Assembly: GCA_946965045.2 (NCBI GenBank)
Contig: OX337229.1
Span: 4,526,001 to 4,590,000, forward strand
Length of the DNA stretch: 64,000 nt
From: Epithemia pelagica
Taxonomy: Eukaryota; Protista; Bacillariophyta
Reading direction: 5' to 3'
The notes beneath the pieces were generated by a model. That model was given only the letters and a program-made list of their open reading frames with translations. It searched no databases and was not told the origin of the DNA. This document shows positions 31,176 through 41,833 of this stretch, piece after piece. The number at the start of each line of letters is the position of its first letter. The stretch's first letter is position 1. The position numbers and the translations under genes were made by a program.

Positions 31176-34100
31176 TGCTGTGTGCCCAGTGATGAAATTG
31201 ATAAAACGAATCTTATCCGTCCACATTTCTCACTTGTAGGCACCCCTACCTTCAGCTTAGCCTTTGCACACCGTTTATGTGCTGCCGTATCACAGTCCCA
31301 TACCACTGATCCGATTGATCTGACATGTGAAATGGACTCGCATGCTGACACTTGTTGTGTTGGTCGCAACTTTGTGAAATTCAGGGAACCTGACCGTTAC
31401 ATCACTGTTTCCCCATTCTCAGAGGAATATAAACCCCTCGAGCGTATCCCCGTCACCACGACCGCCACTGTCTGGACTGATGCCCACAACAATAGTTATC
31501 TATTGCTGTTTCACGAGTCGTTATTCTTCGGGGACCGATTGTCCCAATCATTGATTTGTCCCAATCAACTGCGTTCAAACGGCCTCATTGTCCATGATGT
31601 GCCGCGTCAGTTTGACCCTTACAGCACACACAGCATTCGTATTCCCGATGCTGACCTGACCATTCCTCTAGAAATGTCCGGTGTTATCTCTGGCTTCGCG
31701 ACCACGAAGCCAACCCCGGAGGAGCTCGAGTCGCTCCCACGGATAGTCATGACTGCTGATTCGGTGTGGCACCCTCATTCGTCCACCTTTGCTGCCGCGG
31801 AGGAGAAAGCCAATGCATCCAATGCATCTGCTGTCCGCCAAGTTGATCCGAATTCGATTGCCGCATCCTGTGTCCCGCGATTGGTTGCTGCCGTCCGATC
31901 ATACGACAAAACCTATGGCTATTGCATGGAACTTGAGAATGACAAGGATGAACTATGCAACCGCTTAGTTGCTGCCGTTCGAGTGTCCCATCCACCGAGT
32001 GCCGAGGACACTGTGGACATTGAGGACCTTGATCCCGACGAATACTTTCTCAAAGCCGTTAAGTCTGCTTCGTCACGACCAACGAAAGCCGTAAAAGTCT
32101 TGCCATCTTCTTCTAAGACTGTACTTGATCCCCAGACCTTGTCTTCTCGATGGAATGTCGGCCTTACTAAGGCCAAGAAGACTTTACAAGTGACAACCCA
32201 GGCTGGGGTCCGAAATGTCCTTGTCCCATCCAAACGCAAGGTCCGAAAGAAAGCTCCATGGCTCAAATTCCCGAATGTCAAGGGACGATGGTTTTGCGAC
32301 GAGATGTTCTCCAAAGGCCCATCGCTTGATCTTCACACGGGTGCTTCCGTATTTACTGATGGAAAGGGCTATGATTTTGTCTATCCCTGGAAATCAAAGA
32401 AGCAACACCCTGAAGGTCTGATGTCCCTTATCCAGAATGTTGGAATTCCTCAGACGTTAATTTCTGATGGTGCGCAAGAGCTATTTCATCGACGTTCTCG
32501 TGAGATCTGTAATGAGTACCGTATCAAACAAGAAGTGACCGTCCCATACAGTCAATAGGAAGTTACGTCAAACTGGTGCACCACGACGCACATGGTCCTA
32601 TGCCCTGAAGTGGGTTGCCTCTGTCCGCCAGTTAACTGCCTCTGATATCCCTGAACTTAATGGACGAACGCCATTTGAACACGTTCTTGGATCGACACCC
32701 GACATCTCTCCCATGGCTTTGTTTGATTTCTATCAACCTGTATACTATTATACGCCGTCGCATGACTTCCCTCATGAGCGTAAATGTATTGGGCGCTGGC
32801 TTGGTCTTGCCGATGACTGTATTGATGACATGGCCTTCAACGTCTTGACAGAGAAAGGTCGAGTTATTGTCCGAAAAGATGTGTGGGCAATCCCTGACGA
32901 CGATATGAAAAATCCCACAATCCGTCAACAACTGGAAGTCTATGATGGTTCTACTGTTTGGATCCCTCTCAAAGATCTCAAAAACGATTTGCCTGTACAA
33001 CTAGCCGAATATGCTGTTGCGGCGGGGCTTGCCAAAGAACCGGCCTATGCCTGGTGGGTTCCACATACGTTACGCAAACGTGGTGTAATTCTTGCGAAAG
33101 TAAAATCTTGCTATTGGAAACTTACCCACAAATATGGTATTGAACTGCCCAAAACCGTTCAAGAAGCTCTTGAGATTGATCGTCGAACGGGGACTGATTT
33201 CTGGCGGAAAGCCATCGAAAAGGAGATGAAAAATGTTCGCATTGCCTTTGAATTCCGTGATGATGACAAAGTACCAATTGGATACAAACATATCCCATGT
33301 CATATGGTCTTTGATATCAAGTCTGATCTTCGCCGTAAAGCCCGACTGGTTGCCGGCGGGCATAAGACTGATCCATCCACGTACTCCAGTGTTGTATCCC
33401 GTGATAGCGTACGAATTGCATTCACTATCGCTGCCCTTAATGGCCTGGACGTGTTGGCCGGGGACGTACAAAATGCATACCTCAATGCACCAACAAAAGA
33501 GCGAACTTATATTACGGCGGGACTAGAATTTGGTCCCGAAAACGTTGGCCGACCTGCACTGATTGTTCGTGCTCTGTATGGTTTGAAGAGTTCTGCTGCT
33601 CGTTGGCGTGATCACATTGCCGCAACACTTCGTGAAATGAAGTTCAAAAGTTGCTTGGCTGACCCTGATGTCTGGCTTCGACCTCAAGTCCGACCATCTG
33701 ATGGGTTCCAATACTATGAGTATGTACTTGTCTACATAGACGACATACTCTGTGTCAGTCATGATCCGCGATCGATCATGAATGATCTGGAAAAACGGTA
33801 TACAATCAAACCCGAGAGTATTAAAGACCCAGACGAATACTTGGGATCTGAGATTCGACACTATACCATACCAGATACTGACGATCCTGAGAACAAACCC
33901 CGATGGGCCATGTCCTCCGACAAATATGTTAAACGTGCCATATCTGAAATTGAGACCGAACTGTCTAAAGTTGGCCAAAAGCTACGGACACGAGTCTCAA
34001 CTCCGCTTGCCACTGGGTATCGTCCTGAGATCGACTCATCTCCTGAACTGGACCCCCGACGTGCAAATTACTATCAGGGACTAATTGGTATCCTTCGTTG

Positions 34101-34827
34101 GGTTGTGGAACTTGGTCGTATCGATATCATTGTTGCCGTATCACAACTGTCCCGATATCTAGCCATGCCGCGTGAAGGACACCTCGAACAAGCCTTGCAC
34201 ATTTTTGCATACCTAAAAGCGCATGGACGTTCCACCCTAGTGTTCGACGACACAACTCCGACCTTCGACAAGGATCGTTTCTTCCAGGCAGACTGGTCTG
34301 AATACTACCCTGATGCTAGTGACCCTTTGCCGCCCAATATGCCACCACCTCGTGGACGGGCTGTTACCACAACTTGTTTTGTTGATGCCGATCACGCTGG
34401 TTGTCTTGCTACGCGTCGCTCACAAACTGGTATTCTTATGTTCTTACAACGAGCACCTATCTTGTGGTATTCCAAACGACAGAGTACTGTTGAGACATCA
34501 ACATTTGGCTCCGAATTTGTCGCAATGAAGACTGCCATCGAACAGATAGAGGGTTTCCGTTACAAGTTGAGAATGATGGGCATTCCACTTGATGGCGAAA
34601 CCAACGTGTTCTGTGATAATGAATCTGTGTTCAAGAGTGCAACCATGCCTGAAGTCACTCTGAAGAAGAAACACAATGCGATTGCTTACCATCGCACACG
34701 TGAGGCACAAGCCGCCAACATCGTGCGTATCGCCTGGGAAGAAGGTGAAACCAATCTTGCGGACCTGCTGACAAAATCGTTACCAGGACCCCGATTGCGT
34801 TTTCTAGCACAACGTGTTTTGTGGTGA
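31176..34827 (+). pseudogene. pol: Retrotransposon pol (protease-integrase-RT-RNase H), interrupted by a frameshift/stop at ~32556
   Basis: Protease EMDSHADTC; integrase LISDGAQE...TVPYSQ*, resuming in another frame at 32557 (RKLRQTGAPRRTWSY); RT KARLVAGGH, DVQNAYL, VYIDDIL; RNase H FVDADHAG, GSEFVA, FCDNESV, ADLLTK. Confidence 0.92.
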
Positions 34828-34971
34828 TTACATGATCGAATTCATTGTCCTCACACCCCTCTTTTATTGTCCGAATAGACACCCCTCTTAATTGAGAAAA
34901 AATAGTCCTGATGGACCGGCCTCTGCTGAAACAAGTCGTGGGCGACCTAGTCGAAATGCTTCCGATCTAGC

Positions 34972-34981
34972 TCGCGGGGAC
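34972..34981 (+). promoter_or_regulatory. Polypurine-tract-like plus-strand primer site
   Basis: TCGCGGGGAC immediately precedes the TG of the 3' LTR. Confidence 0.6.
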
Positions 34982-35155
34982 TGAATAAATCCCGCCAACA
35001 GGTCGCATATTGGCGGATACATGGTCGCATATTGGCAAATATGCATCGCCTACATATGCTGCTACGCATCTAGTTTTCTAGTCATAATTTTGGTCTAGCC
35101 ACTTGTTGCACGCCGTATACACCGTGTTGTAGCGTGTAGTGGCAGGATTTATACA
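34982..35155 (+). repeat. 3' LTR
   Basis: 174-bp direct repeat of 28666-28839, followed by AGAC. Confidence 0.97.
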
Positions 35156-35184
35156 AGACCGCAACATCAAGTGGGTGGTGTGTT

Positions 35185-36328
35185 TACCCCCTAGCGGAAG
35201 GGTGAGTCCAGGTTGATCGTGATTCAGGGTGAATTCTCATACTCACCCCCAAGGCGCGATCCTCAAAATCGGCGACTTTGACAAAAACTCACAACAATCA
35301 CTACGATACGGATCTTGTTGCGGTTGTTACAACACTCATGGCCCCTCCCCATCCAACCAGAGTTGTCAATCATATCCATACCAACCCAAGGGGCCCTCCT
35401 GGCGTGGAAACCAACCGTTCCCACCCACTGCTTCCGTTTGGATCTCAGTATCACGACAGTGCAATGGCAAGCAACAACAACCCGAATGAAAACCATCCAT
35501 CCGACGCCATTATGCACCCGCCCAATCCGACCGGAGTTGTCGCCCCTATCCCTACCCACCCCATGGACCTTCCTGGCCAGGCACCGAACGCTTCCAGCCC
35601 AACAACGCTACAAGAGGCCATCAACTCTGCTTTCCATGGTTGGCACGGCAAGAAAGCTCGTTCATGGCAGGTCGGTGCATGTGAACAGATTCTCCACCGG
35701 CGTGGATACTTCCGTTCGAATGCCTCCCGTTTTCCCTACGCCCTAATATCGTACGTCTATTGCACAAATGGTGACCATTGTCATGGGACAAGCGAATTAC
35801 TGCCATTTAGCTCCCCTTCATTCCCATTCATCAACATTATGGACCATCCAGATGAATCGACACTGTTGGGTGGCGACAAAGCATCAATCAAACAAAAGCA
35901 CTCAAAACCTATTTCCAGGAGCTGGACCACACACTCTCAATACATCAGAACATACGGCTATGGTAAACATAAATGGGTATGAAGTTGCTGTAGTTATAAT
36001 GGGTTTGGAGGATGGGTCGTCGGTTTGGTTTTTTTTGGATTTGTACGTTATTGCTAGTCCGTGTTTCGACCAATAGCAGGGTCTGCGTCTGCTATTTCAA
36101 CGCCACAAGGGTCCCTTGGAGTAATAGAGATAGGAGTGACATGTCGGTAGCGATTGAAAGGGTCCATGGTTGTTGTTACAACCACAGCAAGATGGGCCTC
36201 GTGGTGTTTGCGTTGTGGTTGTTGTGAGTTTTTGTCAAAGTCGGAGGAGCGAGGTCGAGCCGTGGGGGTGAGTATCAGATTGCACCCTTACCCATTCACG
36301 AGCAGGACTCACCCGCGGAAGGGGGGTA
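35185..36328. mobile_element. Non-autonomous long-TIR DNA transposon (Mutator/MULE-like)
   Basis: Imperfect inverted arms at ~35185-35410 and ~36095-36328, including a perfect 25-nt block (35273-35297 vs 36219-36243) and a 12-nt block (35239-35250 vs 36264-36275). The direct repeat GTGGTGTGTT lies at 35175-35184 and 36329-36338. Confidence 0.8.
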
Positions 36329-36589
36329 GTGGTGTGTTGTCTGTTGCTGTTAATGACTGCGAGGCCTTTCTGAGTGGTACGAATATTGCTGAAGAACTTT
36401 CCCTCTACTTGTCATTGAAGGCGTTCCAACGTGAAGCGACAAAAGCTAATTGATTTTGTAGGCACCAAAGCTGGTAGAAGACATTGTCAATTTTGATTAC
36501 CAGAGTGAGTGATACTCCCATTTGAAGCCGATTCCAATTCACTTCGAAAGCGGAGAGGAATCTAAACTAAACTCTTCCGTGGGATCAGT

Positions 36590-38471
36590 ATGCGCGTCTT
36601 GCTTCCGCTGAATAATAACAATCAGTCATCAACTGAGGAAACACAACAGCAAGAACATCAGCTCAACTATACCTTACCGACCGGCTTCCAAAACACCTCA
36701 ATAACCACCGGAGAAGTAGTTGCAGAGAAAGAACAAGACTTAGCCACTTGTCTTGTCTTATCACCAGAACCAGAAGCACAGGAAAGGTCCGAGGACGAGG
36801 AGGAATTGTTGCATCCAAGACCTTTGGCGGGAAGAGCCACTTCCAATAAACGCGACCATTTGGATTCGTTAGAAGGCTCATCCAAGAAGTTTGACGGGAA
36901 CCATTCGGTTTCCAACTCAAAACGTCTTCGACTTTGCAGCAGTAACGGCAACGACGACTCTAAGCCGGCCGCTAAACCGATGGTTGCTCCCAAACGACAA
37001 CACTCGTCGCCGAACGATGGGAAACGACATCATCAGAATCATCATACCGATTCCCGATGGGAAGAAAATGAACCCACTCCATTCGGAAACATGCAGCACT
37101 ATTACAGGAATCATCCATGGAATAATGCAAGGTTGGTTTCAACCACTTCAACAGCGGCAAGTTCTCATCACCAGAACCTTGAATCCTCATCATCCACAGC
37201 TGCTACTGCTGCTGCTTCCGGAGGACCACCAATCAACGGAGATCCGTTAGTTTCGGGAGAAGAAACTGAGTTTGCTTCTGCATTAAAACGTGTTGGCCTT
37301 GAGATCGTAGAACAAGAAGGCGATGGAAATTGCTTATTTCGCGCAGTTGGTCTTCAAGTATATGGTGACGCCAGTATGCATGGCCAAGTTCGGGAACAAT
37401 GCCTCAACTTTATGGCTGTGAACAAGGAGCATTTCGGACAGTTCATGACGGCCGAAGAAACGTTTGAAAGTTACATTTCCCGAAAGAGACAGATAGGAGT
37501 ACACGGAAACAACCCAGAAATTCAAGCCATTTCAGAATTGTTCAATAGACCTGTACAAATATTCTCTCCCAGCACTGGTGCCAACCCTTTGAATATTTTT
37601 CATAAAGAATACAAAACAAGCGATGCCCCAATCCGCTTGTCATACCATGACAACAACCACTACAATGCTGTCACAGATCCTTCAAATCCTACCGCTGGTT
37701 TGGGACTGGGCCTTCCTGGATTACAACCTGGTCTTGCGGATAAGTTACAAGTTGCAGCCGCGACAACCGAATCAGATCTACAAAGTGATTTGGATCAGGC
37801 AATCGCTGCGTCGCAAAAGGATTATTCCAAACTCAATGACGACCAACTCCAACGCGCCTTGAAGGAATCGTCCTTTTCCGTGGATAGTGTAAGTATGGAT
37901 CCCCTTGAGAACCATTTTTGCTTGATGTACTCTCTTAATCTCTGTTGGTTTCGCTGTAATGCAGATGTACAAAAACAAAGCATTGGCACTCTCAGATGTC
38001 GATGCGACAAACTTTGAGTTGGAACAAACAATTTTGGAAACGTCTCTCCAATCTTTTTATGACTCATCACAAGAAGACGAGGGCCGAAAACAACGAGCTT
38101 CACCAGGAGGACGGCGGCGGCGAACACCATCATCTTCATCGGAAACGGATAGGACAGATACTCAATGTCCTGTCGGCGAAGAACCACGGCAAGCTCCGGT
38201 TGCTGCGGCTGCTGCCATGGCGTCGCCCCCATCTCCGGAACATGACACTTCGGTTGCTACGTCGTCGCCATTGTCCGTTAGAGCAGCTGCTCATTCAGAA
38301 GTAGAGACGCAGCATCCATCCCTCACGGGAACACCTGATGAGTATCCATCGGTTGTACAGGAACTCGTGATGAACGGTTTTGATCTGAAAAAAGTTGTGC
38401 ATGCGTATGAGCTCTTCGGAGACAAATTTGACGATCTGTTGGCATTTTTGATGTCGAGTGGAACAACCTAG
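36590..38471 (+). CDS. OTU-domain deubiquitinase (OTUD5-like) with UIM-like and C-terminal UBA-like segments, 2 exons
   Basis: GDGNCLFRAV (catalytic Cys), GNNPEIQAISEL, SYHDNNHYNAV (His); DLDQAIAAS/QLQRALKES UIM-like helices; VQELVMNGF UBA-like tail. Intron 37889-37964. Confidence 0.92.
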
Positions 38472-38621
38472 CTAAGTTGATGGTTCAATAGATTGCCATC
38501 CTAACACGGCACTCGTTTTTCAATGGATAACACAAAGTTTAGGAAGGCTTACTTCAATTGCCAGCCTTACAAAATTATTCATGACGAAACAAGAGAGTAT
38601 ACCACCAGTTGTACTGATTGT

Positions 38622-40670
38622 TCAACTAATCGTTTCGTATTCCAGGCGGTAACTATAACGTGCATCATCACTGATCAAGAATCGAACTCGTTCCACCAGG
38701 TGGTCAATTTGCGCGTCATCGCACTCTGCCGGGCCTTTCCAATCTTGGTTTGAGGAATTGGCTCTTTTCTTTGAATGGAGCAAATCGATTTCATAGCTTT
38801 CCAACCATATTTCAAAAACATTGTCCTCTTCACGAGCCAAAGCCATAACCCGAGTTTCCACCCAAACTTGTTTACCAAATTCCTGCTTGAATCGAAGTGT
38901 GATCTTCTCGGCAATCTCCAAATCACTATCAGCACCCGTGCATGCGATCACCAAATGGCCCCGGAATTCTCGCTGAAACTCCTCATCGTGGACGTACTCG
39001 TAGGAGAAACTTTGACCCATGGCGTCGCGGTACTCACGAACAGAAGGATCATCCCCCATCTCTCTGTGCCATGCTGATAGATCGTCTTCAACATCATCAA
39101 ACGATGGTTTGTCCGGATGTTGAGGGTTCTCAAAATATTCGGAAAAGACATTATCATAATCTTGCATGTCATCGTCATCAAAGTCCTTGCGGTCCCATTC
39201 TGGATTGTAGACCTCTGACATCCATTCCTCAAATGCCGCCATTTTAATCTCTTCCTCGTCAAGGTCCTCAAGACTAATAATCCCAGTTTCGGAAGGTGCT
39301 TTGGATGGAATCTCTGGGTATCCAAATCCAGCATAGTATCGCTTTAATTCTTCAACGTCAGCGTTCTCGACATCAGTCCAAGAGAAATCAAAGCTACGTT
39401 CACGGCAATCTTCATATCGACTGTATGTCAAAAGTTGGGGATACCAATGGTTGAAAATAATGGGAGCATCGGGCTTGTGTTTGATCGCAGCAAGCAAAAG
39501 GTTGGAAACGTTGAAATCCAAATCATACAAAAGCCAACGTGATACATTGTACGAACTTCCACGTAGTTCGTTCAAGCAAGCCTGCATTTCATCCAGAGTT
39601 TCGTTCGAAACATGGTCCCATCCAGTCATGTCCTTCAACATTACCTTGTCCCAAGGTTCCTCGTCCAGAGTTTCAACGACGTCTTTGTAAGCTTTGTCGA
39701 ATTTTTCCATATCGTCATCAGTTAACCCTGATGATGCTTCTAAGACATTTGCTTCGTCTGGATCATGTCGTGGATAGGGATCGTCCCTCATCAAGTCTGG
39801 TACTTGTTGAACAGCTTCGTCTAGCTCAATCTCTTCAACATCTGATTCCGTAAGGTCGAGGCCCCGAGCACGTTCCTCCACTTCTTTCATAAACGGCAAT
39901 TTCTCTAAAAGATCTGCCTGGCTCTCAGTCATGTCGGAGATGAAGCCCAATGGGTCAAAGGCATCACCACGCGAGCGTTCCTCCGAGGACGCAATAGCAG
40001 CCTCAACCAGCTCTTTTTGCTTCATGTAGTTAGGATCATCAGGATCATCTTCGAGCTCGTACTCTCCTCCGTCATTTTCTTCGTCCCATTCCAAGTCGCC
40101 ATAAACATCAGCAGGATCCAGCTCACTATCCACAGACTCAGCAAAATCAGTAGACATATCTTCTTCCTCAAGCGTTAGCTCATCATCTTCATCATCCTCG
40201 TCGTCCTCCAAGGCCATTTCGTCAAAGAATACATCGTCATCTTCATCGCCAATTTCTTCATCTTCAAAGGAAACTATTGAGTCCTCGGAGTCCCTATTTT
40301 TGGAATCTTTGCCATCACCGTCGGATCCATCATCTCCATCCCCTAGATCTCCGAGCTCCGCCATCATTTCCTCGTCATTCCATTCGATGGGCATGTCATC
40401 ATCGTCTCCGACATTCGACGAACCTGATTTCGATGAGTACAGGCCACCAAACCAAGGCAAATCATCGGCGCATCTCCAGTCTTTCGAGTCGACGAACGCG
40501 AGTCTGCGTCGATCTCCCTCCTTATTTAACGCATTCCATCGGTATCGCGGACCATTTTTAATTCCCGGAATGCCAAAGCCATGTACGACATGTTTAGATA
40601 GCAATACTCCTGAAATCAACCAATATAAAATGCACCAAAGGCATCTGCGGAAGGTTGTCGTTCGTCCCAT
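38622..40670 (-). CDS. Highly acidic hypothetical protein with signal peptide + F-start transit-like sequence
   Basis: Long uninterrupted ORF; hydrophobic leader ending VVHG-FGIP; long Asp/Glu runs. No recognisable family. Start codon uncertain. Confidence 0.8.
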   Translation of the reverse strand: MGRTTTFRRCLWCILYWLISGVLLSKHVVHGFGIPGIKNGPRYRWNALNKEGDRRRLAFVDSKDWRCADDLPWFGGLYSSKSGSSNVGDDDDMPIEWNDEEMMAELGDLGDGDDGSDGDGKDSKNRDSEDSIVSFEDEEIGDEDDDVFFDEMALEDDEDDEDDELTLEEEDMSTDFAESVDSELDPADVYGDLEWDEENDGGEYELEDDPDDPNYMKQKELVEAAIASSEERSRGDAFDPLGFISDMTESQADLLEKLPFMKEVEERARGLDLTESDVEEIELDEAVQQVPDLMRDDPYPRHDPDEANVLEASSGLTDDDMEKFDKAYKDVVETLDEEPWDKVMLKDMTGWDHVSNETLDEMQACLNELRGSSYNVSRWLLYDLDFNVSNLLLAAIKHKPDAPIIFNHWYPQLLTYSRYEDCRERSFDFSWTDVENADVEELKRYYAGFGYPEIPSKAPSETGIISLEDLDEEEIKMAAFEEWMSEVYNPEWDRKDFDDDDMQDYDNVFSEYFENPQHPDKPSFDDVEDDLSAWHREMGDDPSVREYRDAMGQSFSYEYVHDEEFQREFRGHLVIACTGADSDLEIAEKITLRFKQEFGKQVWVETRVMALAREEDNVFEIWLESYEIDLLHSKKRANSSNQDWKGPAECDDAQIDHLVERVRFLISDDARYSYRLEYETIS

Positions 40671-40852
40671 TTGCTCTTGGTGCCACATCCGAAATTTTCT
40701 GGTTGGTGTGACGCACGACAGCAGACAGACACATCTCGCCATCTCCTCCTCCGCCCGGCCGGGCTCTCCGCTATGTCGTGTTCGCCCCACACCAAAAATC
40801 TCATTTGTTCAACACAAGTCAGTGAGGTGTGTGACGAAAACCAAGGACGACC

Positions 40853-41537
40853 ATGATGAAGATTTTTGCTCTTATTGCTGGTATGTCATATTGCTTATCT
40901 TTTTCGTACTGGACTGCTCTTTGACCAGTACAGCAAATCGCCATTCTCACGCAACCATGTCCTTGCGAAATCGGCGTCTGGCCTTTTCCCAGCACTTTTG
41001 TGTAGTACGTCATACGCATTTGTCCCTGTTGCACCGCAGGTCCGAAGCAGTTCCTTGAACAGCGTCGAAATTGAGGTTGACACCATCGGTAACAACATCA
41101 AAGTAAAAGAGCTTTTGCAAAAAGTCGAAGACCAACGCTTGCTATCCCAGGTTGCCGAGAGTGGTCTTTTGAGCAAAGCTCAAGAAGCAGGTATTACACT
41201 GAGCAAGCTCGAACCTCTTCTTGAGTTGGCCGCTGAGAACCCCGATATCCTCATCTTGGTGGAAGCTTCGGGACCAGAAGTTCTTAGTCTTCTACCAACT
41301 GTTGTAGACCTTGCACCTGGTGCCCTACCACTTTTGGCCACCGTAGTGGGCGTTCCTCCATTGTTGTTGACCGTTGCTGGTGCCTCTGCATTGGCCGCCG
41401 CTGGCGCAGCTGTTGTTTTGATCCCCGACGATTCGGTTGCCTCTGTCGCCGCTCAAACGCTCGCCGTTGGACTTTCTGTTCCAGCTGCCGGTGCGGCTTT
41501 CGTTGGATCCGCTATTTTGGGGCAACTAACCAAGTAG
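40853..41537 (+). CDS. Plastid-targeted membrane protein, DUF1118-like, 2 exons
   Basis: Exon 1 (40853-40880) plus exon 2 (from 40993) give MMKIFALIAALLCSTSYA-FVP. LLQKVEDQRLLSQVAESGLLSKA and hydrophobic C-terminal helices resemble DUF1118. Confidence 0.75.
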
Positions 41538-41819
41538 ACCTCCCCCCTATAGATGGCCTTGTTTAATGCATTTTAAGTTTGTCTATTACACTCAGGCTTC
41601 AGATTTAGTACCTTTACGAACAATCGGAGGCGCTCGAACATGCTGTGGTGCTGACAACAAGAGACCTCTTCTTTGAATGCGATTCAAAGTTACACACTTC
41701 TACGCAGCGATGATTCCATGTCTCTAAGTCTTTCTATCGGATGTTACAGTGCTACGTCTTCTACCGTCGCAGTGTTTCGCTGAAGGGATGAGATAGGAGT
41801 ATTGTCAAACAATTGCTCC

Positions 41820-41833
41820 TACTCCTAGGAGTA
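41820..41833. repeat. Intergenic palindrome TACTCCTAGGAGTA
   Basis: Perfect 14-bp palindrome in the spacer between the DUF1118-like and kinase genes. Confidence 0.8.

Larger units (their letters stand above)
28666..35155 (+). mobile_element. Ty1/copia LTR retrotransposon (diatom CoDi-like), defective pol
   Basis: TG...CA LTRs of 174 bp at both ends, AGAC directly flanking both sides, gag followed by PR-IN-RT-RNaseH order, and a short purine-rich tract before the 3' LTR. Confidence 0.97.

Noticed and set aside
34895-34960. Hammerhead-ribozyme-like words in the retrotransposon 3' UTR (CTGATGG...GAAAC...GTC)
   Set aside because: The core has G instead of the essential A9, stem II does not pair, and stem I is only 2 bp. 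GTCC-TGAT-GGAC is better explained as a simple hairpin.
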